Shown here: piece after piece, positions 38,491-48,874 of the stretch
Layout of the letters: the number at the start of each line of letters is the position of its first letter
Position numbering within the stretch: the stretch's first letter is position 1
Notes under the pieces: model-generated
What the model was told of the DNA's origin: nothing
Database searches by the model: none
What the model saw: the letters and a program-made list of their open reading frames with translations, nothing else
Position numbers and translations under genes: made by a program
From: an uncultured Chloroflexia bacterium
GTDB taxonomy: Bacteria > Chloroflexota > Limnocylindria > Limnocylindrales > CSP1-4
Assembly (NCBI GenBank): GCA_963748675.1
Contig: CAVVJX010000009.1
Coordinates: 336,054 to 400,053, forward strand
Reading direction: 5' to 3'
DNA: 64,000 nucleotides

Positions 38491-39566
38491 GTGACCGGCT
38501 CCGCGGGCGTCGCCTGGACCACGGCGTGGGCCATCGGCAGGGCACGCCCGCCGTCCGCCATCCCGGGCTCGGCCAGCCAGCAGGCCGCCGCCTGCCCGCC
38601 GCCCACATCGATGAGCGGTGGCTCCTCGACCAGGCAGCGGTCGAAGACCTTCGGACAGCGCGGATTGAAACGGCATCCGACCGGGATGTGCGCCGCGTCC
38701 GGCGTCTCACCCTTGAGGATCGTCCGCTGGGCACGTTCGCCGACGGTCAGTGGATCGGGAGACGGCGACACGGACACCAGCGCCTGCGTGTAGGGATTGC
38801 GTGGGCGGCGGATCACCGCCTCGGCCGGACCGATCTCCATGATCTTGCCCAGGTACATCACCGCGATCCGGTCCGCGATCACCCAGGCCAGGGACAGGTC
38901 GTGGGTGATGAACAGGTAGGTCAGGCCTCGTTCGGCACGCAGGTCGAGCATGAGCCGCAACAACTCGGTCCGGATCGACACATCCAGCATCGAGACGGGC
39001 TCGTCGGCGACGATGACCTGGGGCCCCATGACGAGGGCGCCCGCGATCACGACCCGCTGGCGCTGGCCACCCGACAACTCGTGCGGATAGCGCGCCGCGT
39101 ACTCGGCGGCGGGTCGAAGCCCCGCGGCGTCGAGCGCCTCCAGCACCCGCCGATCTCGCTCGGCGCGATCGAAGCCGAGCTGATTGACCGACAGGGGCTC
39201 GCGCACGAATTCCTCGACGGTCTGCTTCGGATTGATGGTCTCGTACGGATCCTGGAAGATGAGCTGGACCCGCCGGCGGTACTCGCGCAGTTCGCGCACG
39301 GACCACAGGTCGCTGACGTCCTTCCCCTCGAACTCAACGCGCCCGGCGGTCTGGCGCGTGAGCTTCACGATCACCCGCCCGGTCGTGGTCTTGCCACTCC
39401 CCAATTCGCCGACGAGCGCGAGCACCTCGCCGCGGCGCAAGGTCAGGTCGATCCCATCCACGGCCCGCACCACCCCGCGCGGCCGCCCCTGCATCGAGTC
39501 GAACAGCCCGGATCGGATGGGAAAGTGCACCTCGAGCCCGGTCAGTCGGACGATGTCGTCGTCCAT
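38487..39566 (-). CDS. Peptide ABC transporter ATP-binding protein (OppF/DppF-like)
   Basis: Walker A GELGSGKTT, LSGGQRQRV, ADEPVSMLD, and a C-terminal oligopeptide-type extension with a Cys cluster. Confidence 0.85.
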   Translation of the reverse strand: MDDDIVRLTGLEVHFPIRSGLFDSMQGRPRGVVRAVDGIDLTLRRGEVLALVGELGSGKTTTGRVIVKLTRQTAGRVEFEGKDVSDLWSVRELREYRRRVQLIFQDPYETINPKQTVEEFVREPLSVNQLGFDRAERDRRVLEALDAAGLRPAAEYAARYPHELSGGQRQRVVIAGALVMGPQVIVADEPVSMLDVSIRTELLRLMLDLRAERGLTYLFITHDLSLAWVIADRIAVMYLGKIMEIGPAEAVIRRPRNPYTQALVSVSPSPDPLTVGERAQRTILKGETPDAAHIPVGCRFNPRCPKVFDRCLVEEPPLIDVGGGQAAACWLAEPGMADGGRALPMAHAVVQATPAEPVT

Positions 39567-40789
39567 CAGGCGACCTCGGTCGCGGTCGCGCCGATGGCGT
39601 CCGCCGTGGGGACCGTCACGGGTTCCCCGTCGCTCCCCTCCGGATAGAGGTGGCACGCCACGCGGACCCCGTCGAACACCGTCTCGGGCGGCACCACCTC
39701 GCTGCACACCGCCATCGCGAACGAGCAGCGTGGGGCGAAGCGGCAGCCCGGTGGCGGCTCGCGCAGGTCGGGTGGCGAGCCCGGGATGACGTCGAGGGTC
39801 CGCCGATCGGCATGGATGTTGGGGAACGACGACACCAGCTTCTGGGTGTATGGATGACGCGGCCGGCGGAAGACTTCGTCGACCGAGCCCTCCTCAGCGA
39901 CCCGCCCGGCGTACATGACCATCACCCGGTCACACGTCTCGGCGATCACCGACAGGTCGTGGGTGATGAGGATGAGCGACAACCCGAGCTTGTGGCGCAG
40001 CGACTCGAGGAGCTCGAGGATCTGCGCCTGGACCATGACATCGAGCGCTGTCGTCGGCTCATCGCCGATGACGATCGCGGGGTCGCAGGCGAGCGCCATC
40101 GCGATCATCGCCCGCTGGCGCATCCCGCCCGACAGCTCGTGCGGGTACGCCTTGCCGCGTTCGCGCGGGATGCCGACGAGTTCGAGCAGGTCGCCGGCCC
40201 GTTTGCGAGCCGCCTTGGGTGTCTCGCCGAGGCGTTCCTCGATGGGCTCGGCGATCTGGTCACGGATCGTCTGGACCGGGTTGAGGGCATTCATCGCACC
40301 CTGGAACACGATGCTGATCTCGCGCCAGCGATAGCGACGCATCGCAGTCTCGGACTTGCCCACGAGATCGATCCCCATGAGCCGGACACTCCCGCCGACG
40401 ATGGTCGCGTTGCTGGGCAGGATCTGGACCAGGGACAGTGCCGTCGTGGTCTTGCCACAGCCCAATTCCCCGGCGATCCCGAGGGCTTCGCCGTGATCGA
40501 GCCGGAACGAGACGCCATCGACCGCCTTGACCGAGCCCGATTCCAGGGTGAAGTGTGTCCGCAGGTCCTCGACCACGAGGAGCGGGGCGTCCGGGTCGGC
40601 CTGCCGGGGCAGCGGCCACTGGCGGCGCCCAAGCGGGCGGTCCGGTAGTGCCTCGATGGCCTTGGCCGCGAGCTCGGCGGCATCTGGCTCCTCGGAGATC
40701 GCGGCCTCGCCGAGCAGCTCCTCCGATTCGGTGTGCGATTCGGTCGCAGCGAGGTCGCCCCGTTGCGAAGGCGGGATCGGAAGGCTCAT
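39566..40789 (-). CDS. Peptide ABC transporter ATP-binding protein (OppD/DppD-like) with an acidic N-terminal extension
   Basis: Start at ATG40789 (MSLPIPPSQRG...), overlapping the permease stop. GELGCGKTT, LSGGMRQRA, GDEPTTALD. The upstream half of ORF 39566..41743 is out-of-frame overlap with the permease gene. Confidence 0.8.
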   Translation of the reverse strand: MSLPIPPSQRGDLAATESHTESEELLGEAAISEEPDAAELAAKAIEALPDRPLGRRQWPLPRQADPDAPLLVVEDLRTHFTLESGSVKAVDGVSFRLDHGEALGIAGELGCGKTTTALSLVQILPSNATIVGGSVRLMGIDLVGKSETAMRRYRWREISIVFQGAMNALNPVQTIRDQIAEPIEERLGETPKAARKRAGDLLELVGIPRERGKAYPHELSGGMRQRAMIAMALACDPAIVIGDEPTTALDVMVQAQILELLESLRHKLGLSLILITHDLSVIAETCDRVMVMYAGRVAEEGSVDEVFRRPRHPYTQKLVSSFPNIHADRRTLDVIPGSPPDLREPPPGCRFAPRCSFAMAVCSEVVPPETVFDGVRVACHLYPEGSDGEPVTVPTADAIGATATEVA

Positions 40790-41715
40790 CGGCGTGCTCG
40801 CCGGCGTGGATTGAGGAGGTCGTCGAGGGCGGTGCCGACGAGGGTGAACGCGAAGACGACCAGCACGATGCAGGCGCCGGCCGGCACGAAGTACCACCAC
40901 GCCCCGAGACTCGGGGCGCCCACCTCCTCGGCCGCGTTGAGGATTTGCCCCCACGACGGTTGGAACGGATCGCCGAGCCCCACGAACGACAGCGTCGTCT
41001 CGGTCAGGACGGCGCCGGCGAAGACAAGGACCGCGTTGGCGACGATGAGGTTCACGACGTTCGGCAGGATATGACGCGCCATGATGTGCCCGCGCCCGGC
41101 TCCGATGACGCGCGCTCGATCCACGAATGGGCGCTCCTTGAGCGAGAGCGTCTGGGCACGGATGATCCTGGCCGTCGAGGCCCAGCTCGTGATCCCGACC
41201 ACGATGACGATCACGAAGAGGGTCGTGCGCACCCCGAAGAAGACGCTGCCCGAACCGATCACGTCCGCGATGATCGGGGCAAGGATGAGCGCCAGCACGA
41301 AGGTCGGAAGGACCAGGAAGAAATCGGTGATCCGCATCAGGACACCATCGGTCCGCCCGCCGACGAATCCGCCGACCACGCCGATGACGCCACCAAGGAT
41401 GATCGTGATCACGGTCGCGAGCAGCCCGATGACCATCGAGACCCGCGTCCCATGCACGGTCAGATTGAGCATGTCGCGGCCGATCTCGTCGGTCCCCAGC
41501 CAGTGTTCCGGGCTGGGCGGTTCGAGACGCCCCCCGGTCGCGCTGACTGCCGTCTGGAGCGGGCCGACGAGGAGGTCGGGGATCAGCGCGAGCACCGCGA
41601 AGAACGTGAGGATCGCGACACCGGCCAGCCCGTCGCGCCGGCGCAGGACCCGCCGTAGGAGGTGGTCGACCGGGCGCGCCGTCGGCCGGGTCACCACGAC
41701 AGCCGGCGCGGTCAT
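40786..41715 (-). CDS. Peptide ABC transporter permease (OppC/DppC-like)
   Basis: Six TM helices and the EAA-like loop ARVIGAGRGHIMARHILPN. Confidence 0.85.
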   Translation of the reverse strand: MTAPAVVVTRPTARPVDHLLRRVLRRRDGLAGVAILTFFAVLALIPDLLVGPLQTAVSATGGRLEPPSPEHWLGTDEIGRDMLNLTVHGTRVSMVIGLLATVITIILGGVIGVVGGFVGGRTDGVLMRITDFFLVLPTFVLALILAPIIADVIGSGSVFFGVRTTLFVIVIVVGITSWASTARIIRAQTLSLKERPFVDRARVIGAGRGHIMARHILPNVVNLIVANAVLVFAGAVLTETTLSFVGLGDPFQPSWGQILNAAEEVGAPSLGAWWYFVPAGACIVLVVFAFTLVGTALDDLLNPRRRARR

Positions 41716-42686
41716 GCCCGGACCCGGGGGTCGAGCCGGCCATAGATCATGTCGGCGAACAGGTTCGCCAACACGACCGCGATGCTCAGGACGAGGAACA
41801 CGCCCTGGAGGACGGGGTAGTCACGCGCACTCAGCGCCTCGACGGTCAGTGTCCCGAGGCCCGGCCAGTTGAACACCACCTCCACGGTGATCGCACCGGC
41901 CACGACATAGCCAAGGTTGATCGCGATCAGCGAGACGGCGGGGAGCAGTGCGTTCGGGACGGCGTGGGCACGCAGGATCCGGCCACTTCGGATGCCCTTT
42001 GCACGCGCCGTCGTGATGTAGTCGTCGCCCAGGGTCTCGAGGATCGACGAGCGCATGAGGATCGAGTACTGGCCGATCAGGCCCAGGGCCACGGTGGCGA
42101 CCGGCAGCACGAGGTGCGCGGCAACGTCGGCAAGGTACTCGATGGTCGAGTCGTAGGTCTTCCCCGGTGTCGTCATGCCGAACGACGGGAACCAGTGGAG
42201 CGTTGAAGCGAAGATCAGCAACAGGATCATGCCGAGTAGGAAGTACGGCATGGAATAGAGCACCAGCGACACGCCATTCCCGACCAGGTCGACCGGGCCG
42301 CCGCGGCGCCAGCCCGCGTAGGCGCCGAGACCGAGGCCGACGAAGATCGCGATGAGCTCGCCGAGCCCGAAGAGCAGGAGGGTCGGACCGAGTCGGCCGG
42401 CGATGACCTCGGTGACGGGCTCGCCTCGGGACGCGAACGAGAGGCCGAGATCGCCCTGGACGGTCGCTGCGAGATAGGCCACCAGCTGATCCGGGATCAG
42501 CGGCTTGTCGATACCCCAGCGGGCTCGGGTCTGCTCGATCGCTGCGGGGGAGACGTTCGGATTTCGCGCCAGGATGCGCTCGGGTGAGCCCGGCATAGCC
42601 CGGAACAGCAGGAAGTTGACGAGGACGATCATGAGGATCGTCATCGCCGCCTGGCCGAGGCGGCGCCACAGGTATCGCGAGGCCAT
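41712..42686 (-). CDS. Peptide ABC transporter permease (OppB/DppB-like)
   Basis: N-terminus MASRYLWRRLGQAAMTILMIVLVNFLLFR. TARAKGIRSGRILRAHAVPNAL. Confidence 0.85.
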   Translation of the reverse strand: MASRYLWRRLGQAAMTILMIVLVNFLLFRAMPGSPERILARNPNVSPAAIEQTRARWGIDKPLIPDQLVAYLAATVQGDLGLSFASRGEPVTEVIAGRLGPTLLLFGLGELIAIFVGLGLGAYAGWRRGGPVDLVGNGVSLVLYSMPYFLLGMILLLIFASTLHWFPSFGMTTPGKTYDSTIEYLADVAAHLVLPVATVALGLIGQYSILMRSSILETLGDDYITTARAKGIRSGRILRAHAVPNALLPAVSLIAINLGYVVAGAITVEVVFNWPGLGTLTVEALSARDYPVLQGVFLVLSIAVVLANLFADMIYGRLDPRVRA

Positions 42687-42763
42687 GCCGGGTCGTCAGG
42701 CGGACGGACCGACGACCCTCGCGGGATCGTCGGTCACGACCGAGTCTCGGGCCCGGCGGCCCG

Positions 42764-44683
42764 TCACTCCTCCTCCGTCTCCGCACCGCGGCGACGCATC
42801 AACACCAGGCCCCCGGCCAGCAGCACGAGGATCAGCGCCCCGACTCCGAGGAGGAGGGTCGTGTTGTCAGCGGCCGGGGTCCCGCTGCCACCCGGGGCCG
42901 CCGACGGGGCGGCGGTCACGCCAGGCGATGCCGGCGCGACCGACGGTCCCTCGCTGGGCGTGCTGCCGGCGACGGTGAGCTTCGTGTAGCCGATCGGACC
43001 GAACCCGAACAGCGGGGTCCCGGTGTCCGGCGGCTGGTTCTGCCAACCGCCGAACCGATCCGTCCGGTAGGCATGCAGCTCCGAGTCGTAGTAGAGCGGG
43101 ATGTTCGGAAGATCGCGATAGAAGATCTCCTGCATCTCCTGGAGCATCGCCTTGCGCTCCGCCTCGTCCGTCGTCTGCCCCTGCTGGGTGAACAGCTCGT
43201 CGAACCGCGGGTTGGAGTAGAAGGTGTCGCTCGAGCCGCCGATCTCGTCGGTCGTGAACGGCTGGAGCAGGGATGTCGGATCGACATCGCCGACCCAGCC
43301 CCACATGTAGACATCGAAGTCGGCCTTGCCCGGCGGGTCGTATTCCGGTGGCGCGAGATCGACGAGGAGCGTGTCGTCCTCGGTCACGCCAGCCGTGACC
43401 GGGATCCCGAGTTCACCCCACCATTCGGTGATGAACTGGGCGGCAGTGGCCAACTCCGATTCGGAGGCCGGCCACGTCAGCCGCAGCGAGATCGGTTTGT
43501 TGTCCTTGTCCAGCCGCGCTCCAGAAGCGTCTTTCACGTAGCCAGCGGCAACGAGCTTCTCGTCCGCGGTCTGCAGGTTGAAGCTGCGCTGGGCATCGGC
43601 GGCTGGCGGCACGTACCAGTTCGCATGGAACGGCGGGAGCAGGCTGGTGCCGGGCGTGCCGTGACCGGCAAGGACGCGGTCGACCAGGACGGGGAGGTCC
43701 ACCGCCCAGCCCATGGCATCGCGGAAGGCCGGGTCTGCGAGCGCGGTGGTCGACGCCCCGCCGCCCTCGATCGGCTTGCTGTAGCCGTTGAAGGTAAGGT
43801 ACGAGTACCCGTTGGCGAAGCCCTCGACCGTGACGATGTCTTCCTGGCCCTCGAGCGCGTCGAAGGCGTCCGCGCCGATGCCTCGCGCATAGTCGATCTC
43901 GCCGTTTCGGAGCGCCTGGACCATCGTCTCGTTGCTCTCGAAGTGCTGGATGATCACTTCTTCGGCCGCGCCCTGTTCGCCCCAGTAGTTGGGATTGCGC
44001 GCGAAGCGCATGAACTGGCCCGCCTGGAACTCGACGGCGGTATACGGCCCGGTCCCGACGACGGGCGGGTCGTTGGGGAAGTAGTCATCCGCCTCGGCGT
44101 TCGCGATCTGCTCGAGCGTGTGGCTCTCCCAGATGTGCTTCGGAAGGATCGGGACGTAGGCCGGGAGGAGCAGCGATGTCGGCGTGGAGGTTTCGACGAC
44201 CAGGGTCTCGGCGTCCGGGGCGCTGACGGCCTTGAGGTTGGCCGACGACAGGTAGCCGTCGATGTACCCCGAGCCGAGCGTCACTTCGCCGGCGATCGCA
44301 TCGAGGACGAGCTGGTACGTGTATCGGGCATCCTCGGCGGTGGCCGGCTGACCGTCTGACCACTGCATGTCGGGTCGGATCTTGAAGGTGGTCGTCAAGC
44401 CGTCGGCCGACGTCTCCCAGGACGTGGCGAACCCCTCGGTGAACCCGAGATTCTCGTCATACCCCACGAGCAGGTCGTAGTTGAGCGTGAAGACCTCATA
44501 GTCGAGGACATAGACCGACTGCCACGGGTTCAGGCCCGAGAACTCCTGGTCGGTCCCGACCCGCAGAATGAGGTCGTCCGCCACCTGGCCGCTCGCGGGA
44601 GAGGCTGCGGGCAGCACCAGCGCCGAGATCAGACCGGCTACGGCAAGCGCCCGAACCATGCGAGCGCGCAGGGACCTTCGCAT
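42764..44683 (-). CDS. ABC transporter substrate-binding protein (family 5, peptide/nickel) with a C-terminal Pro/Ala-rich linker and TM anchor
   Basis: GGAGGAGG SD followed by ATG44683. Signal peptide. The SBP_bac_5-like body ends in ...GSTPSEGPSVAPASPGVTAAPSAAPGGSGTPAADNTTLLLGVGALILVLLAGGLVLMRRRG. Confidence 0.8.
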   Translation of the reverse strand: MRRSLRARMVRALAVAGLISALVLPAASPASGQVADDLILRVGTDQEFSGLNPWQSVYVLDYEVFTLNYDLLVGYDENLGFTEGFATSWETSADGLTTTFKIRPDMQWSDGQPATAEDARYTYQLVLDAIAGEVTLGSGYIDGYLSSANLKAVSAPDAETLVVETSTPTSLLLPAYVPILPKHIWESHTLEQIANAEADDYFPNDPPVVGTGPYTAVEFQAGQFMRFARNPNYWGEQGAAEEVIIQHFESNETMVQALRNGEIDYARGIGADAFDALEGQEDIVTVEGFANGYSYLTFNGYSKPIEGGGASTTALADPAFRDAMGWAVDLPVLVDRVLAGHGTPGTSLLPPFHANWYVPPAADAQRSFNLQTADEKLVAAGYVKDASGARLDKDNKPISLRLTWPASESELATAAQFITEWWGELGIPVTAGVTEDDTLLVDLAPPEYDPPGKADFDVYMWGWVGDVDPTSLLQPFTTDEIGGSSDTFYSNPRFDELFTQQGQTTDEAERKAMLQEMQEIFYRDLPNIPLYYDSELHAYRTDRFGGWQNQPPDTGTPLFGFGPIGYTKLTVAGSTPSEGPSVAPASPGVTAAPSAAPGGSGTPAADNTTLLLGVGALILVLLAGGLVLMRRRGAETEEE

Positions 44684-44795
44684 CGATGCCTCCTCCTGGC
44701 GACCCGACCACTCGGATCGCGCGTGGTGCCCTCCCGGCCGACGTACGGTGGCATACGGCGCGGGGCGGTGCAAGGAACGACCCGCAGCGTGCGCC

Positions 44796-45977
44796 TCAGA
44801 CCAGCCAGCTGGTCGCCGGATCGCGCTCGAGCAGGATGGGGCGGTCGATCCGGAACGCGCCCAGCTCAGCGTCGGAGGGGGACGTCCCGTCCAGCGCGAA
44901 CTCGACGAGGATGCGGCCGAGCACCGAGGCGAACTTGAACCCGTGGCCCGCCCCGAGCCCGACGATCACGCCGCGCGCCTCGGGAACGTGGTCCACGACG
45001 AAATCCCGGTCCGGGGTGAGCGTGTACAGGCAGGTCTTCGTGAGGAGCTCGGGCCCGGTGGCCGCCGGCAGGTAGGTCTCGACGAACTGCCGCACGCGGC
45101 CGTACATCGCCTCGTCGCGTTCGAAGGTGCGGGTTGCGGGCGTCGTCGGCTGCCCGCCGGCGTCCTGGGCGGCCTTGGGACCCGCCTCGCCGTAGGTCGG
45201 GATGCCGTAGAACGACGGCTCGTCCATCCAGATCCAGACCGGGAACCGGTCGGGCGCGAAGGCAGCCGGATCGGGGGCCGCGAAGTAGGTGACCTGTTCC
45301 TTCGTCACCGTCAGCGGCAGGCGACGGTCGAACGACGCCAGCAGCTCGTTGGTCCAGGCGTCGGCCGCCAGGATGACTCGGCCGGCGACGTGCGTCTCGC
45401 CACCGGCATCGACCTCATAGGCGCCGCTGACCTCGCGGATGCCGGTCACGGGCGTGCGGTCCACGAGGGTGGCACCGCGTGTCGTTGCCAGCCGGCGATG
45501 CGCGGCGTTCCCGCGGTACGGATCGGCGAGCCCGGCCCTTGACTGCCACATCGCGGTCACGTCGTCCGGGAGGCGCCACTGCGGCCAGCGCCGCATGACC
45601 TCGGCGGCATCGAGGATCTCGAACGGGACGGATTCGGCGCCGAGACTGTCCGTGTAATCGGCCATCGGGATGCCGGGATCGGCCGGCCAGAGATCGAGAC
45701 CGCCGGTCATGGTGACGATCCGCTCGCCGGCTTCGGCCTCTACCTCGGCCCACGTCTCGAATGCCCGCTTGGCCAGCCGGACGTAGTCGGGTCGGTGATA
45801 GGAGAGGCGGATGATCCGGCTGTGGTCCGCGGACGCGCCATTGGCGTGCCCCAGCTCGAACTGCTCCAGACCGAGGACCCGGGTTCCGGGGCGCGTGGAG
45901 GCCCAATAGGCCGCCGCCGACCCGATCGCGCCGAGGCCGACGACGATCACGTCCCACTCGCGCGGATCGGTGGTCAT
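44796..45977 (-). CDS. FAD-dependent amine oxidase (monomeric sarcosine oxidase / N-methyltryptophan oxidase family)
   Basis: DVIVVGLGAIGSAAAYW dinucleotide fold. TKTCLYTLTPD is a candidate covalent-FAD Cys site. Confidence 0.8.
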   Translation of the reverse strand: MTTDPREWDVIVVGLGAIGSAAAYWASTRPGTRVLGLEQFELGHANGASADHSRIIRLSYHRPDYVRLAKRAFETWAEVEAEAGERIVTMTGGLDLWPADPGIPMADYTDSLGAESVPFEILDAAEVMRRWPQWRLPDDVTAMWQSRAGLADPYRGNAAHRRLATTRGATLVDRTPVTGIREVSGAYEVDAGGETHVAGRVILAADAWTNELLASFDRRLPLTVTKEQVTYFAAPDPAAFAPDRFPVWIWMDEPSFYGIPTYGEAGPKAAQDAGGQPTTPATRTFERDEAMYGRVRQFVETYLPAATGPELLTKTCLYTLTPDRDFVVDHVPEARGVIVGLGAGHGFKFASVLGRILVEFALDGTSPSDAELGAFRIDRPILLERDPATSWLV

Positions 45978-46522
45978 GGCCTCGCAGTCAGCCGGTCCAG
46001 GGCGACGCGCTGGATCGCGACCACGGTCAACGCGTCGACGATCCGCCCGTCGAGGGTCATCGCGAGCACCTCGTCGAAGGGGACCCAGCGCACCTGGATG
46101 GACTCCGTGGGTTCAGGATCGGACTCGCCGAGCGTGAGGCCCGTCGCCACGAACAGGACCGCCTGCTCGTCGGTCACCGAATTGGACGTCTCGAGCCGGC
46201 ACAGCTCGCGCCAGGTCGTCGCGGTCAGACCGGTCTCCTCGCGGAGCTCGCGCTGGGCGCCCACGACCGGGTCCTCGTCGACTGCCACGCCGCCTTCGGG
46301 GATCTCCCACGAATCGTTCTGCAGCGGGTAGCGGTGCTGGCCGACGAGGACGACGCGATCGTCGTCGTCGATCGCCACGACGCCGACCGCCTGGTTGGCG
46401 AAATGCACGACGCCGTAGATGCCGGGGTTGCCATCCGGGCGGGTCACCTCGTCGTGCCACACGGTGATCCACGCGTTCTGGTAGGCGACGCGGCGGCTGT
46501 TTCGCGCGAAGCGGCCGTCCAT
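45974..46522 (-). CDS. NUDIX hydrolase (ADP-ribose pyrophosphatase-like)
   Basis: Nudix box GGVAVDEDPVVGAQRELREETG. Start at ATG46522. 4-nt overlap with the oxidase gene. Confidence 0.8.
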   Translation of the reverse strand: MDGRFARNSRRVAYQNAWITVWHDEVTRPDGNPGIYGVVHFANQAVGVVAIDDDDRVVLVGQHRYPLQNDSWEIPEGGVAVDEDPVVGAQRELREETGLTATTWRELCRLETSNSVTDEQAVLFVATGLTLGESDPEPTESIQVRWVPFDEVLAMTLDGRIVDALTVVAIQRVALDRLTARP

Positions 46523-46576
46523 CGCGGCATCGTCGCATGGCACGGGCTCGTTCGTCGGCGGCCCGCACGGCGGCCC

Positions 46577-46582
46577 TAGACT
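46577..46582 (+). promoter_or_regulatory. -10-like TAGACT, 7 nt upstream of GTG46590 (leaderless-type)
   Basis: Sequence reads CTAGACT-ccccgac-GTG. Confidence 0.5.
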
Positions 46583-46589
46583 CCCCGAC

Positions 46590-48665
46590 GTGACCGACCC
46601 GGATCTGCGAACGGCCAGCAAACCGAGCCACGAGGTCGCGGTCGACTGGGATGTTCGGATCCCGGCCCGCGACGGGATCGAGCTGTCCGCCAACATCTGG
46701 CGGCCCCTGCCCCGCCCTGGCACGCCCGAGAGCTTCCCGGCGATCCTCGAGATGATCCCGTACGGCAAGGACAACTGGCGACGGCTCTCGGACATGACCC
46801 GCGGCGAATGGTTCGCGGCCCGCGGCTTTGCGTTGTGCCGCATCGACGTCCGTGGCACGGGGTCGTCCGACGGCGTCGCCCTGGATGAGTACACGGCGGA
46901 CGAGACCCGCGACGGATACGACGCGGTCGAGTGGCTCGCTGCGCAGCCGTGGTGCGACGGGGCGATCGGCATGTGGGGCATCAGCTACGGCGGCTTCACC
47001 GCGATCCAGGTCGCGGCCCTGCGGCCGCCGCACCTGCGCGCGATCGTGCCGGTCATGGCCACGGACGACCGCTACCTCGACGACGTGCACTACCGGGGCG
47101 GCTGCGTCACGGTCAGCGAGCTTTCGCAGTACGCCGTGAGCCAGGTCGCGATGAACGCGATGCCGCCCGACGCCGCGTTTCGCGGTGCCGCGTGGCGCGA
47201 GGAATGGCTGTCTCGGTTGGACGCCACGCCGCCGTGGTTGTTCGCCTGGCTCCGACAGCAGACGGACGGCCCGTACTGGCGGCAGGGCTCGCTGGCGCCC
47301 GACTACGACGCCATCGAGGCCGCGATCTTCAACATCGGCGGCTGGCAGGACAGCTATGTCGACCCGGCGTTCCGGATGCAGGCCCGTTGCCCGGCGCCGT
47401 CGCACACGCTCGTCGGGAACTGGGTGCATTCGTGGCCACACGAGGCCGCGCCGGGCCCCAACCTCGACGAGCTGCACGAGATCGCTCGATTCTTCGATCG
47501 ACACCTGCGCGGCGCGGACAACGGCTGGGATGCCGAGCCGCCGATCGTCTGGTTCGAGCGCGAGTACGCCCCGCCCGAAGCCTTCCCCGGAGCGTCCCCG
47601 GGTCGGTGGCGCGCGGCGACCGCCTACCCGCACCCGGAAACCGTCGTCCGATCCCTGTCCTTCGGGGAGGGTGACGGGCCCGGCGCCGATCCGTTCACGC
47701 ATCGACCGACGACCGGAACTCGCGGCGCCCTGTCGTGGGGCGCCGGCGACGCTCCGAACGGCCTCGCCCGCGACCTCCGGCGGGACGAGGATGCCGGTCC
47801 GACCTACACGTTCGACCCCTTGGACGGGCCGCTCGAGATCCTCGGCGTCCCCGAGGTCGTCGTTCACGTCGAGGTGGACGCTCCAGTCGCAACCCTGTCG
47901 GTGCGGCTGTCGGACGTGGCCTCTGACGGGAGCGTGGCGCTGGTCAGTGCCGGCGTGCTGAACCTGACCCATCGCCGCTCCCACACGGACCCGGAGCCGT
48001 TGCGGCCCGGCGCTATCGAGGAGATCCGGGTGCCGCTCCGGACTGCCGGCTATCGCTGGCTGCCGGGTCACCGCGTCCGCGTCGCGCTCGCCTCGTCGCT
48101 GTGGCCGGTCCTGTGGCCGTCGCCATTTCCGGCCACGTTCCGCGTGCATCGCGGGCCCGCCACGCCGTCGCGCCTCGAGCTCCCGGTGGTCCCGCCCGCC
48201 GGCGGTCCGGGCGACATGGCCGTGCCGGCATTCCGGACGGAGCCCCCGGACCTGCACTGGCCGTCCGCCGAGCCGCTGGATAGCGGCGGCGCGGCCGTGA
48301 CGGACCCGCCCGTGTGGCGCATCGACGAAGACGTGATCGGGGGCTCGGTGACGGTCCACGTCCACGACGGTGGCGAGAGCATCGTCCCAGATGGCCGGCG
48401 CCTGTACGCGGCCGAGACCATCCGCATGACGGCCTGGGACGCCGACCCGGCCCGCGCCGAGCTCGACGCGCACGTCGTCTATCGCTGGCAGGAGCGCGAG
48501 CCCGACCGCGGCGGCGAGCTGACCCGCATCGAGATCCGAGCGGACTCCCGGCAGACGAGCACCGCGACCGACTTCGACCTGACTGTCCGCCTCGAGGTCG
48601 ACGTCGACGGCGCCCGCTTCTTCGAGCGCTCCTGGTCCGAGCGGATCCCGCGCCACCTGGTCTGA
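46590..48665 (+). CDS. CocE/NonD family hydrolase (X-Pro dipeptidyl-peptidase S15-like)
   Basis: IPARDGIELSANIWRP...PYGKDN...GMWGISYGGFTA nucleophile elbow, plus a C-terminal jelly-roll domain. Confidence 0.8.
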   Translation: MTDPDLRTASKPSHEVAVDWDVRIPARDGIELSANIWRPLPRPGTPESFPAILEMIPYGKDNWRRLSDMTRGEWFAARGFALCRIDVRGTGSSDGVALDEYTADETRDGYDAVEWLAAQPWCDGAIGMWGISYGGFTAIQVAALRPPHLRAIVPVMATDDRYLDDVHYRGGCVTVSELSQYAVSQVAMNAMPPDAAFRGAAWREEWLSRLDATPPWLFAWLRQQTDGPYWRQGSLAPDYDAIEAAIFNIGGWQDSYVDPAFRMQARCPAPSHTLVGNWVHSWPHEAAPGPNLDELHEIARFFDRHLRGADNGWDAEPPIVWFEREYAPPEAFPGASPGRWRAATAYPHPETVVRSLSFGEGDGPGADPFTHRPTTGTRGALSWGAGDAPNGLARDLRRDEDAGPTYTFDPLDGPLEILGVPEVVVHVEVDAPVATLSVRLSDVASDGSVALVSAGVLNLTHRRSHTDPEPLRPGAIEEIRVPLRTAGYRWLPGHRVRVALASSLWPVLWPSPFPATFRVHRGPATPSRLELPVVPPAGGPGDMAVPAFRTEPPDLHWPSAEPLDSGGAAVTDPPVWRIDEDVIGGSVTVHVHDGGESIVPDGRRLYAAETIRMTAWDADPARAELDAHVVYRWQEREPDRGGELTRIEIRADSRQTSTATDFDLTVRLEVDVDGARFFERSWSERIPRHLV

Positions 48666-48874
48666 TGCACAGACTCCGGCGGCGGACGAGGGGTTCCTCA
48701 GCGATGCACGTCGGCGGCATCAGCCCGCTCGATCAGAGGCCACAGGGCCGGGATGAGCCGGCCTCGGTCGGATGGTGCGGTCGCGCAGCCGTCCGGTGAT
48801 GCGGCAGACGTGCATCACCAGGTAACCCGTCTTCCCGCCGTGGCGGATGTGCATCACGGTCCCGCTGCGCCCCC

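Noticed and set aside
39566-41743. 725-aa ORF as a fused permease-ATPase protein
   Set aside because: Its N-terminal 318 codons are an alternative frame of the OppC-like permease gene (40786..41715) and read as low-complexity. The genuine ATPase starts at ATG40789, overlapping the permease stop.
48666-48874. Short minus-strand reading frame (…VMHIRHGGKTGYLVMHVCRITGRLRD…) between the CocE-like and aminotransferase genes
   Set aside because: It looks protein-like for only about 30 codons. It has no clear start, would need a frame shift to reach a sensible stop, and I recognise no family. It is possibly a gene remnant, but the support is too weak to annotate.
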